Source: Candidatus Calditenuaceae archaeon (GTDB lineage: Archaea > Thermoproteota > Nitrososphaeria_A > Caldarchaeales > Calditenuaceae). Taken from it: 59,983 bases of DNA. Below are positions 53,001-59,983 of the stretch, in pieces. The position numbers were made by a program, and so were the translations under genes. The stretch is taken from NCBI GenBank assembly GCA_025058055.1, contig JANXEU010000015.1:1-59983 (forward strand), written 5' to 3'. The notes beneath the pieces are model-generated. The model saw only the letters and a list, made by a program, of their open reading frames with translations. It was not told the origin of the DNA and searched no databases. Each line of letters starts with the position of its first letter. The stretch's first letter is position 1.

Positions 53001-53483
53001 GAAATAGCCTCCAGGGTCGGCAGGGTCTTCGCCGATGGAGAGAAGCTCCTCGTTGGTCATCCTACTGAGCGGGCACACTGAGGACTTCACGAGAATCGGT
53101 ATCACACCGATCTGAACTCTCTCGCTCCTGACGATCTCCTGATCGTCGAGCTTGAGTGTGACCCGCACGAAGATCGGCGCGACGTAGCTGAGGTTCCTAA
53201 GCCTGCACTCATTAGGTGTGATGTAATGGCGCTCGGAACCGTCGACCTCTCTAATCGTAGGTGGACCTATCTCAACGTCCCTGAAGTGAAGATACGCAAC
53301 GCCCTGCTTCGTCTTGATCTCTTGGGGCGTCATGCTCTTCAGGAGCTTGGAGAGACCTTCCTTGACGAAGTAGTCGTAGGACCTGAAGTGATGTGCTATC
53401 AGACCCTCCTCCTCAACGATCGCCCTTGCGATGGTCCACAGCTCGTTGTGAGTTAAGACCTCGGAAGAGGTTCTGCTCTTCAC
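50100..53483 (-). CDS. rpoB: DNA-directed RNA polymerase subunit B (unsplit)
   Basis: 1127 aa. Contains GLVKNLAL, SRMTVGQLIE, GGLKFGEMERDCL and a C-terminal zinc ribbon CEKCG...CPIHG. The stop lies 1 nt before the rpoA start. Confidence 0.92.
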   Translation of the reverse strand: MKSRTSSEVLTHNELWTIARAIVEEEGLIAHHFRSYDYFVKEGLSKLLKSMTPQEIKTKQGVAYLHFRDVEIGPPTIREVDGSERHYITPNECRLRNLSYVAPIFVRVTLKLDDQEIVRSERVQIGVIPILVKSSVCPLSRMTNEELLSIGEDPADPGGYFVINGSERVIVAIEDLAPNKVLITSKEQDGGVQYSAAVISISYGRQSKVEVTYKPGGPVRVFFAKIHKGIPLIVMLRALGMENDKQIAELVSPLPEIQEMLIESFKEAEGIEDKKEALRFLGNRVAFGYAEEYRVERAELMLDNNFLIHLGINKEARFKKGAMLCDIVGKLLETAAGIRKPDDKDHYANKRLKLESQLLMELYRSALNKLVRDIRYQLERILITRQPITLSTFIRPGIVNDVVLTAFSTGNWPGGRVGVTQILNRTNYLATVSHLRRVQSPLSRSQPHFEARDLHGTHWGRICPAETPEGANAGLVKNLALGAEVTVPLLEDDEQSLREKLWKLGLTSLVAVMDRKTSRRKELRTKLYINDELIGYHPDGKRLVKELKRMRRNGEVNQSINVLLRDYEHLLEVYIYTDEGRVRRPLVVVEEGDVKLKLHMVESVAQGTLKIRDLIAMGVLEYLDASEEDNALIALRPEDVSRSHDYLEVSPMMMMGVIAGIIPFSNHNQSPRNVYEASMAKQALGLPTISYPVRTDSRLHLMIYPQKALVKTMLMDLIKLDERPIGQNFVVAVLTGYGYNIEDAVVLNKSAIERGLAVTMSYRTYEVEARQYLGGEKDRVSIPDPNVRGFRGEQYYRVLDKDGLAVPESEVTDGMVLVGVVSPPRFMEEYVRTPAREMVWRDASEAVRPSEVGVVDEIFASRTVEGNTLIKPRVRALCFPEIGDKFASRHGQKGVIGMVFQQADLPYTESGIVPDLIINPHAFPSRMTVGQLIESLAGKLAALKGEIVDGSPFVGKRLEEIKRELEELGFKSSGTEVMYDGLTGKRYEVEVFIGVAFYQRLHHLVRDKIHARSRGQVQMLTRQPTEGRARGGGLKFGEMERDCLLAYGASYLLLDRLLEQSDKYTVYFCEKCGLAAYYDLKQERLVCPIHGKNPPAKPVTLSYAFYLLLNELLSMGIYPKVVLEEVA

Positions 53484-53833
53484 GCCTCATCCACCACTCG
53501 ATAGTACACCGTTAACCCCGCTGTAGGGGAAGTCCTCGTGATCCTTATAATGTCTCCTGGTCTGGCGCCCATCTTCTTCACCACGGGATCCGTCGTCAAG
53601 ATCTTAGGAAGTTGGTTCCGGTTGGCCTTGTAGCGCTGAAGGACACGTTCGGCTTCGTCAACCTCGAGGAGCTCGTGCTTGATGGACCAGCCCATCAACT
53701 CGATCACAACGACCTTTCCCAACACCTGCGACTCCTGTGGTTTAGCCTCCTTGGTCACTGCTTTTGAGTTGGGTTGCTTGCCGGCCCTTTTAGGGCGAGA
53801 AGTACTCTCCATGGACGACACAAGCACCACCAC
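53480..53833 (-). CDS. rpoH: DNA-directed RNA polymerase subunit H (Rpb5 C-terminal-domain homologue) with a basic N-terminal extension
   Basis: The C-terminal 70 aa HELLEVDEAERVLQRYKANRNQLPKILTTDPVVKKMGARPGDIIRITRTSPTAGLTVYYRVV match RpoH. 4-nt overlap with rpoB. TATA AAATATATT (minus strand, 53848-53856) favours ATG 53812 over GTG 53833. Confidence 0.85.
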   Translation of the reverse strand: MVVLVSSMESTSRPKRAGKQPNSKAVTKEAKPQESQVLGKVVVIELMGWSIKHELLEVDEAERVLQRYKANRNQLPKILTTDPVVKKMGARPGDIIRITRTSPTAGLTVYYRVVDEA

Positions 53834-53933
53834 AGAACCTTGAGAGAATATATTTACGCCTGTCTTATCAAGTTATTCTTCTCGAGAAAAATCTTATCAG
53901 GCTGGGAACTAGTGAGATGTAGAGGTTAGAGTT

Positions 53934-54446
53934 TTGGAGGTCCTTAGGCGTGAGGACGCGCAGTACGTCCTGAGGCCGGTCAGGGAGGAGGACATCCTCG
54001 AAGTCATGAACATCAACAGGCTCACGCTCCCGGAGAACTACACGTACTCCTTCTTCTACAGCATCGCGAAGTCCTATCCCGAGAGCTTCATCGTCGCGGA
54101 GTCTGCAAGTAAGCTGGTAGGTTACATCATGTGCCGGGTGGAGAGGGGGTTTTCGAAATTCGGAGGGTTGCGCTTCAGGAAGCTAGGACACGTGGTCTCA
54201 ATAGCGGTGATGCCCGAACACAGACGCAAAGGCATCGGAAAGGCCTTGATGCTGGAGGCGATGAAGGCCATGAGGAACGTCTATCACTGCGACGAAGTTT
54301 ACCTCGAGGTCAGGGTGTCCAATGAGCCTGCCATTAAGATGTACGAGTCGTTGGGATTTGCGATCGTCGACACGATCAAACACTACTACCTCGACGGTGA
54401 GAACGCTCACGTGATGGCCTGCGACCTCCTCGGTTCCCTGAAGTGA
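53934..54446 (+). CDS. rimI: GNAT N-acetyltransferase (RimI / archaeal Ard1-like N-alpha-acetyltransferase)
   Basis: VSIAVMPEHRRKGIGKALM (acetyl-CoA loop R-x-x-G-x-G) and YLEVRVSNEPAIKMYESLGF. Confidence 0.8.
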   Translation: MEVLRREDAQYVLRPVREEDILEVMNINRLTLPENYTYSFFYSIAKSYPESFIVAESASKLVGYIMCRVERGFSKFGGLRFRKLGHVVSIAVMPEHRRKGIGKALMLEAMKAMRNVYHCDEVYLEVRVSNEPAIKMYESLGFAIVDTIKHYYLDGENAHVMACDLLGSLK

Positions 54447-55120
54447 GCCGAAGCCTCCTCAAGGTCCTTGTGCGAGTCTATCGATTTCCAGTAACAGTGT
54501 TCGTAACGGATAGCTACCAACTGCCCCTGGGCAGCTAACTTGGGGAAAACCTCCCTCTCAAGGTCGCCGCTCTCAGGCAACTCGGCCAGTAGCTCTCCCC
54601 TCAAAGCGTAAACACCCGCGTTGATCCAGTACTCGCCAAGCATCGGCTTCTCCCTGAAACCCTTCACCTGACCGGTCAGCTCGTCTATGTCAACCACACC
54701 GTAAGGGGAGGGGAGAGGGACGACGGCCATGGAGGCCATGTGACGCTCGGCGGCCGAGAGCACGTACGTGGGGTCGATGTCCGTCAGGATGTCTCCGTTA
54801 AGGACGATGAACGACCTCTCACCCGCAAGGAAGTGCTCGGCGTTCTTGAGGGCCCCAGCGGTTCCGAGGGGTTCGTCCTCGAAGACGTATCCCAATCTGA
54901 CACCGATCCTTATTCCGCTACCGAGCTCCTCCACCACCCTCTCCTTAAGGTATCCCGCACAGACGATGACGCCCTTAATGCCGTAAGAGGCAAGCCACCT
55001 GATCTGCCACTCGATGATCGGCCTGTCAGCGACCTTCAGCAAAGACTTCGGAAGTGTATCGGTCAACGGCCTCAACCTCTTTCCGAACCCTCCTGCCAGT
55101 ATTACGGCCTTGGTTCCCAC
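54407..55120 (-). CDS. sugar-phosphate nucleotidyltransferase (NTP_transferase family)
   Basis: KAVILAGGFGKRLRPLTDTLPKSLLKV signature. Converges on and overlaps the acetyltransferase 3' end by 40 nt. Confidence 0.8.
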   Translation of the reverse strand: MGTKAVILAGGFGKRLRPLTDTLPKSLLKVADRPIIEWQIRWLASYGIKGVIVCAGYLKERVVEELGSGIRIGVRLGYVFEDEPLGTAGALKNAEHFLAGERSFIVLNGDILTDIDPTYVLSAAERHMASMAVVPLPSPYGVVDIDELTGQVKGFREKPMLGEYWINAGVYALRGELLAELPESGDLEREVFPKLAAQGQLVAIRYEHCYWKSIDSHKDLEEASAHFREPRRSQAIT

Positions 55121-55215
55121 GGAACTCGGCTGTAATCCGAGAATTTGAATTTCTTGAAGGATCGAATCAGGCTTGAACCACGAGGAACATAAACACGCTA
55201 TAAAGCGGTGACTCT

Positions 55216-55878
55216 ATGGAACGGGAGATGAGGTGGAGGGAGACTGTTGCCTTCTGCGCGGCCCTAGTCCTCTTACTAACAGCCTTTAATTCGTCAGCAG
55301 GAGGTATTGACCGGAACTTCGGCCTCTCCTTGGCCTCTAAGGTGACGTTCAAGGTACATTTCGTCGAAGAGGGCGGATCGCCGAGGCCGGTGGAGGAAGC
55401 GCTAGTAGTGTTGGGACTAAACGGAGGGAGGACCGACGGAGGAGGCACTTACGAGTTCATTGTGACTCCGGGGCGCTACAGCTCGTACGTGAAGCTCTCC
55501 GATGTGAGGTTCTCGGTCGTCGTGCTGGACCTTCGCGTCGAAAGGGACATGACAGTTGAGCTGACCTTCGAGGTGAGAAAGCTGAGGCTTGAGGAGATCG
55601 CGTTGACCGTCGGAGGGGACGGCGTTAAACTCAAGGCATCCATCGCCGTTCCGGAGGCTACCTTCGCGTTCGCTTCTACACCGTCGATACAGGGTTACCT
55701 CTCTGACGGAACGCGTGTGCGACTGGCCTCCTATCAAGGCGACTACGGCTACTTCGGTTACTCCTTGAACCCGGGGGAGGTGCAGAGCATCGATGTAGAG
55801 ATCGAGACGTCTCTGGCGACCGTCGTCCCCAGCGGTTCCTACGTCCCTGTTCAGTTGGTTAACGTCAGAGTCTACTAG
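55216..55878 (+). CDS. secreted hypothetical protein with a prealbumin/carboxypeptidase-regulatory-like domain
   Basis: Signal AFCAALVLLLTAFNSSAG, then VTFKVHFVEEGGSPRPVEEALVVLG...DGGGTYEFIVTPGRY. Confidence 0.55.
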   Translation: MEREMRWRETVAFCAALVLLLTAFNSSAGGIDRNFGLSLASKVTFKVHFVEEGGSPRPVEEALVVLGLNGGRTDGGGTYEFIVTPGRYSSYVKLSDVRFSVVVLDLRVERDMTVELTFEVRKLRLEEIALTVGGDGVKLKASIAVPEATFAFASTPSIQGYLSDGTRVRLASYQGDYGYFGYSLNPGEVQSIDVEIETSLATVVPSGSYVPVQLVNVRVY

Positions 55879-56575
55879 ACCTCGACTCATGTGACTTCAG
55901 TGCGGCCTGACAGAACCCGGTCAGCGTATGTTGAGGGTCCTTGGACTTCACGAAGGCAGAGGAGATCAGAACTCCCACCGTTCCGAGTTCTATGGCTCTG
56001 TAGACGTCCTCCGGAGTCGATATGCCGGCCCCGCAGAGCACAGGGACTCCAGGGTCAACTGATGAGACCATTCTCACCGCCTCCGTGACGACCTCCGGTC
56101 TGGCTTTGGAGACTGAGATGCCCGTTCCTATGAGCTCCGGCGGCTCGACTGCTACGAGATCGGGGCGCAGCGCTCCAGCCGCCTTACTGGTCAACGGCGT
56201 GTCGGCACAGACTATCGACCTCAGCCCTTCCTTCCTGAGCAGCTCAACGGCTATGGCGATCTCAGAGAGACCTATCCTCCTCTCGGAGTGGTTGAGGAGG
56301 CTCCCTTCGGCGCCGGCCTCCCTCAAGGCGACAGCGGTCACGTGCCCTGTCCAGCTACCCTCCTCATGAGGATCGACGTGCTGGCCCAGAATTGGCAACT
56401 CGAACCTGCTCGAGAGCCTGTGGACGTCGGTGGGTTGTACAGCTACAGCAACAGTCACGCCCAACTCCTTAGAAACGGTCTCAGCGACGTATGCGAGCCT
56501 CTCCGCACCGCTACCGACGGCCTCCCTGTACGCCTTGAAGTTCAGGACCACTACGGGATAGGACCACCTCTTCAC
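55865..56575 (-). CDS. tpiA: triosephosphate isomerase (archaeal type)
   Basis: VVLNFKAYREA, LLNHSERR, VAVEPPELIGTG and GAGIS motifs. Confidence 0.9.
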   Translation of the reverse strand: MKRWSYPVVVLNFKAYREAVGSGAERLAYVAETVSKELGVTVAVAVQPTDVHRLSSRFELPILGQHVDPHEEGSWTGHVTAVALREAGAEGSLLNHSERRIGLSEIAIAVELLRKEGLRSIVCADTPLTSKAAGALRPDLVAVEPPELIGTGISVSKARPEVVTEAVRMVSSVDPGVPVLCGAGISTPEDVYRAIELGTVGVLISSAFVKSKDPQHTLTGFCQAALKSHESRSSRL

Positions 56576-57128
56576 GCCTCATCAGACCGATCCCGCTGAA
56601 TAAGTAAGTGTTCAGCCCGTGTTCGCATCGCCGCTTAGCCTTAGGATCGAGAGGGGACTAACGATAGTGCTAGGAAGTGATGGACGGTCTTTTCGGTCGT
56701 GAGTGCTCGACTCGCCCCGAGCTTGAGACAGCTCCGCACCTCTTCCTCAGGCTCTATCGTTCCGTGTCTGAACGCTAGGCCAACCCAGCCATCAATCCGT
56801 ACGTGAACTCTGCAGGAGGACACCAAGGAACCAGACCACACGAAAACGCGGCCCTCAACGCAAAGATTTTCTCGGAGGACTTAACGCTCAAGGCTGGCAT
56901 GGCAGACGAAGTATGGACCTCTGACGCCTCAGTATCGAAGGCTGAAGTAATCGCGGGTTTAACTCGAGAAGCCTGCGTTAGGGAGCTGAAGGTCGAAAAG
57001 CTCTCGTCTCTCCAGCTTCCAAAATCGACACATGTGGGCGGAGTTCGTGTGGGTTTGAGGGACATGAGGGTGCTATATACTGGGCCGTCACACGTCGTGA
57101 ACCACCTAGTTTTCGGTTGGGTGAGGAC

Positions 57129-57953
57129 ATGGCAGTTCCTAGGCCGCTAGTGCTGGCTTGGGTGATTATCGGAGCAGCGAACATCCTCCTCTTAGTCACC
57201 ACACTTCTAGTCGGGTTTTCAGCACCGACGCAACCCCTTGATACAGGGGAAGCGGTCGCACTCTCCTCGCCGGGGTTAGCAACGGTCTCGACGGTCCTCA
57301 GCTCTTTGTGGGGTATAGTGCTCGTCTACTTTCTGGGCGTGATGAGGTCCGACGTCAAATCGATCACCTCGAGACTCGTCGATGCGTTGCGCAACAAATC
57401 GTCCGAGCTTCAAGCCTCTAGCGACGAGTCGAGGGCCCTCGTGGCAGGCAACATGGGTAGAGCGGCCGTGGAGCTGGCAAACGCGGTGAGGATGCCAAGC
57501 CCATGGGGCCTTCCCGTCTTAGCCGGCGTCCTCCTACTAACCGCGATTGGAGCCTCAGTCTACATCGCCTTCCTCTCACAGCAAGTGCCGCCGGCGAACC
57601 CTCTCGAAGCTATCGAAACTCTCTTCCTGATAGCGACGCTTGGACTAATTTCTTCGACTGTGGCCTTCATTTACTTGGTCGTGGTCCTCTACGCTCTCAG
57701 CTCGTTAAACTGGTATCTGGGAAACATAGATCGCGCCATGAGCTCGAGCTTCGAAGCGCTGTCGAACCTAGTTGCTGTTGAGGAGGGCGTAAAGGGCAGA
57801 AAGCTCGGAAGGCGAAGTGCGGCCCTCTACGTAATCCTCACGCTGATAACGCTTAGCTTCTTCATGCTCTACTGGCTCTGGGCCCTGAACGGCGACCTCG
57901 CGAAGTGCGAAAGGAGAGCCGACAGCCTTCTAACACTGCTCTCCAGAACCTGA
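57129..57953 (+). CDS. integral membrane protein, hypothetical (C-terminal DUF4234-like helix pair, tentative)
   Basis: Several TM helices. The C-terminal AALYVILTLITLSFFMLYWLWALNGDL resembles DUF4234-type motifs. TATA GCTATATACT at 57072-57081 and GGTGAGG 3 nt before ATG 57129. The track start is TTG 57117. Confidence 0.55.
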   Translation: MAVPRPLVLAWVIIGAANILLLVTTLLVGFSAPTQPLDTGEAVALSSPGLATVSTVLSSLWGIVLVYFLGVMRSDVKSITSRLVDALRNKSSELQASSDESRALVAGNMGRAAVELANAVRMPSPWGLPVLAGVLLLTAIGASVYIAFLSQQVPPANPLEAIETLFLIATLGLISSTVAFIYLVVVLYALSSLNWYLGNIDRAMSSSFEALSNLVAVEEGVKGRKLGRRSAALYVILTLITLSFFMLYWLWALNGDLAKCERRADSLLTLLSRT

Positions 57954-58141
57954 TCACGTGGTCTTGTCAGTCCTGCTTCCATCTCATGATGTCTCGGCGA
58001 ACGTCGACTCAGCGCGGGAACTGTTGTGGTCCGCTGTACTCTGCAACCTAGCATCTGATGCTTACTCGGGACACTCCGTGATTCAGATGAGAGGTGCAAG
58101 GCTCGCGAGCCTTAAATTCATCTCTCACATCGAATATGGAA

Positions 58142-58213
58142 GGGCCGGTAGATCAGTGGTAGATCGCCCGCTTGGCGTGCGGGAGGTCCGGGGTTCAAAT
58201 CCCCGCCGGTCCA
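58142..58213 (+). tRNA. tRNA-Ala (anticodon GGC)
   Basis: Acceptor GGGCCGG/CCGGTCC with the G3:U70 alanine identity pair, D stem GATC/GATC, anticodon stem CCCGC/GCGGG with loop TTGGCGT, T arm CGGGG-TTCAAAT-CCCCG, discriminator A. 72 nt, no intron. Confidence 0.92.
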
Positions 58214-58353
58214 CAACAGGATCTGTGACGTAATTATAGAAAAGCTCTGGGAATAGAACAGCACTAGGCTGACTGGAAAACGTCGTGGGCCCCACTCGGG
58301 GGCCGAGAGGACGGAATAAGGATATTTCCCTGCGACCGGAGACGTAAGGGGAC

Positions 58354-59673
58354 ATGGCCTTCGTCGCTGACCTGCTGGCGGAGTGGCTGAGGAAGAACTC
58401 GGGCTCCCTGGAAAGGGACCTTAGGGGCAGACGGGGGCCGCTCTCGGAGGAGATCGCGGAGAGGGCCAGGAGGCTCTGGGTTCCTGAGGGGCTCGAGGGC
58501 CGGAGCTCCGGTGCCGAGGCGGTAGCGGTTGACGGCGGGTTGATGAGGCTCAGGCTCGGGGACGGAGGGGCGCTGATCGTCGCGACGGCGTTCGCGGTCG
58601 GGAGGGGCTTGGAGGAGAGGGAGGTGAGGTGCGAGGTGGCCTATCCGCCCAGGGCCGACTACGCGGGGCTCCTGATGAAGGTCCTCGAGCTCAGGGTAGC
58701 GAGGAGGGCGCTGGAGAGGCTCCCGAAGGGCGGGCTGCTCCTCCTCGACGGCTCCCTCTACGGCCTCTGCTCTACGCTGCCGATCACGCCCACGAGGGCC
58801 CCCAGTGGCTACGGCGAGGCGCTCTTGGAGTTCTACTCGGAGCTGACGGGCCTGATCGGCGAGTGCGAGAGGAGGTCGGTCGCGTTGGCATCCCTGAGCA
58901 AGACCACCTCGACTTCGCTCCTGAGGGACTGGTGCGTCGCGGAGCTCTTCTCCATGGAGGTCGAGAGGCTCAGGAGGTCGGGGCTGCTCGAGGCCGAGGA
59001 CCTCGGGAGGGCTGAGGGGCTCCTCTCCATCGCGATTGAGAAGCCCCAGCGCGCGGTCAGGACAGCCAAAAGCCTGGAGTTGAAGTACGGGAGGGTGGTG
59101 GAGCGGTTGAGGGCGTTTGTCGAGGAGTGGGTGACCGACTCGACGGACCTCCACCTCCTCCGGGGAGTCGCGGAAGGCAAGGGCTACACGGTTCCCCTTC
59201 TCTTGGGACCTTCTTCTAAGTTCAAAGAGATAATAGAGAAAGCCTATGAAGACCCCTACAGCTACGCGGAGGTGAGGCTCAGGCTGCCCGTCGAGATGAG
59301 GGACAGGGTCCGGGAGGTCGCGGAAGGGCTGAAGTCGTTGAGCGCGGTGATGGTGACTTACGCGAAGTTCGGGGAGAGGGACCACCCGATCCGGGTTGAC
59401 GTGACCGCGGCCTCGCTCGGAGCAGGGGAGAGGTTCTTCGACGTCTCGGCGCTCGAGCCGATGAGGGACCCGGAAGTGATGAAGAGGCTGGAGGATCTGC
59501 TCTCACAACTCGGGTCGATGTACGTCAGCAGGGAGATCCACAACGCCCTCCTCTTCGAGGCGGACAGGAGGGCCAGGATCACGAGGGAGGACGCGAGGGC
59601 GATCGTCGAGCTCGTCGAGAGGGAGGTCGGGGTCTTGGAGCTCTCGAGGAGACCGATACCTGACTTACTCTGA
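58354..59673 (+). CDS. nurA: NurA-family 5'-3' nuclease
   Basis: AVAVDGGLMRLRL (first catalytic Asp region), LLLLDGSLYG, ASLSKTTSTSLL. Followed by a HerA-like gene. The antisense 373-aa ORF is a Pro/Arg-rich shadow. Confidence 0.75.
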   Translation: MAFVADLLAEWLRKNSGSLERDLRGRRGPLSEEIAERARRLWVPEGLEGRSSGAEAVAVDGGLMRLRLGDGGALIVATAFAVGRGLEEREVRCEVAYPPRADYAGLLMKVLELRVARRALERLPKGGLLLLDGSLYGLCSTLPITPTRAPSGYGEALLEFYSELTGLIGECERRSVALASLSKTTSTSLLRDWCVAELFSMEVERLRRSGLLEAEDLGRAEGLLSIAIEKPQRAVRTAKSLELKYGRVVERLRAFVEEWVTDSTDLHLLRGVAEGKGYTVPLLLGPSSKFKEIIEKAYEDPYSYAEVRLRLPVEMRDRVREVAEGLKSLSAVMVTYAKFGERDHPIRVDVTAASLGAGERFFDVSALEPMRDPEVMKRLEDLLSQLGSMYVSREIHNALLFEADRRARITREDARAIVELVEREVGVLELSRRPIPDLL

Positions 59674-59718
59674 CCCGAGCGCTTTTTACCCGGCGAGGGG
59701 GCGGTGGGGCTGAACGTC

Positions 59719-59983
59719 ATGAACCCCGACGGCCTCCGGGAGGTGGGGATAGTCGTCGAGGAGAGCAGCCCGACGGACTTCGTCTTCGCGGTCCACCCGA
59801 ACGCCTCCGCGGCGATACCCAGGTGGGAGTACGTCGTGGCCCCGGTCGAGGACGGATGGGTCGTGGCCCAGGTGAGGGGCGTCGCGTCCTTCAGCTCGCT
59901 GCTGACGAGGGAGAGGGACTTCGAGGTGATCTCGAGGCTCGTCGAGAGGATGGCCGAGACCTGCAAGCACTGGCGGGAGGCTA
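59719..59983 (+). CDS. herA: HerA-type hexameric helicase, N-terminal (HAS-barrel) fragment running off the right edge
   Basis: Open frame from ATG 59719 (alternative GTG 59704) to the window end. MNPDGLREVGIVVEESSPTDFVFAVHPNASAAIPRWEYVVAPVEDGWVVAQVRGV fits the HerA N-terminal barrel pattern, and its position after nurA agrees. Confidence 0.6.
   Translation, partial: MNPDGLREVGIVVEESSPTDFVFAVHPNASAAIPRWEYVVAPVEDGWVVAQVRGVASFSSLLTRERDFEVISRLVERMAETCKHWREA

Noticed and set aside
56576-57116. Specific identification as RNase P RNA or SRP (7S) RNA
   Set aside because: I could not find the universal P4 motifs (GAGGAAAGUCC / ACAGAA..GGCUUA) or the SRP helix-8 GGAAGG.AGCA-type motif on either strand. 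It is therefore kept only as an unassigned candidate region.
56803-57150. 115-aa plus ORF (and the overlapping 96-aa minus ORF 56775-57065) as protein-coding genes
   Set aside because: No promoter-distance TATA for the plus ORF. The minus ORF start sits only about 12 nt from the TATA that better serves the downstream membrane-protein gene. Both have mixed codon third positions and no motifs. The ORFs are mutually overlapping.
58264-59385. 373-aa minus-strand ORF
   Set aside because: Extremely Pro/Arg/Glu-rich with no motifs, and fully antisense to the NurA gene, which has recognisable motifs. Shadow ORF.

Overview
Dense, GC-rich archaeal chromosomal window. Reading by eye, GC is about 55-60 %, with a few clearly AT-richer patches. 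Most genes have a TATA-like box about 25-30 nt upstream of the start codon, so many transcripts look leaderless or short-leadered. Gene content points to a (hyper)thermophilic TACK/Thermoproteota-like archaeon: reverse gyrase, eS26, PolD (DP1 and DP2), and an unsplit rpoB. The content is mainly core information processing. It includes an rpoH-rpoB-rpoA operon in which rpoA is a single fused A'+A'' ORF, and Orc1/Cdc6 next to a 436-bp ORB-bearing intergenic region that I predict is oriC. PolD DP1 and DP2 and a multi-OB RPA-like protein lie nearby. Other core genes are reverse gyrase, SRP54, Pus10, TruD, CoaBC, GGGP synthase, TIM, a SufB/D-family protein, eS26/uL18/eL19, a GalU-Ugd-SDR nucleotide-sugar cluster, a BMP-type ABC importer without an ATPase gene, and NurA plus the start of HerA. 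There are four tRNAs: Gly-UCC, Thr-GGU with a 26-nt intron, Pro-CGG with a roughly 20-22-nt insert at a non-canonical position, and Ala-GGC. Several large Thr-rich or repeat-domain surface proteins carry C-terminal membrane anchors, including a matrixin-type metalloprotease. I found no CRISPR array, transposase, integrase or recognisable defence island, and I cannot support a clearly novel multi-gene system from the sequence. The best leads are: the fused rpoA; the Pus10 N-terminal zinc-ribbon encoded upstream of any canonical start codon; an unusually long (about 500 bp) GC-rich gap without a convincing ORF upstream of tpiA (candidate structured RNA); the HK97/encapsulin-like fragment plus RHH plus histone-fold genes downstream of the 3' end of tRNA-Gly at the left edge; and an AT-rich surface-protein gene with a degenerate cupredoxin-like cytoplasmic tail. 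All protein calls come from motif recognition by eye, with no database search.
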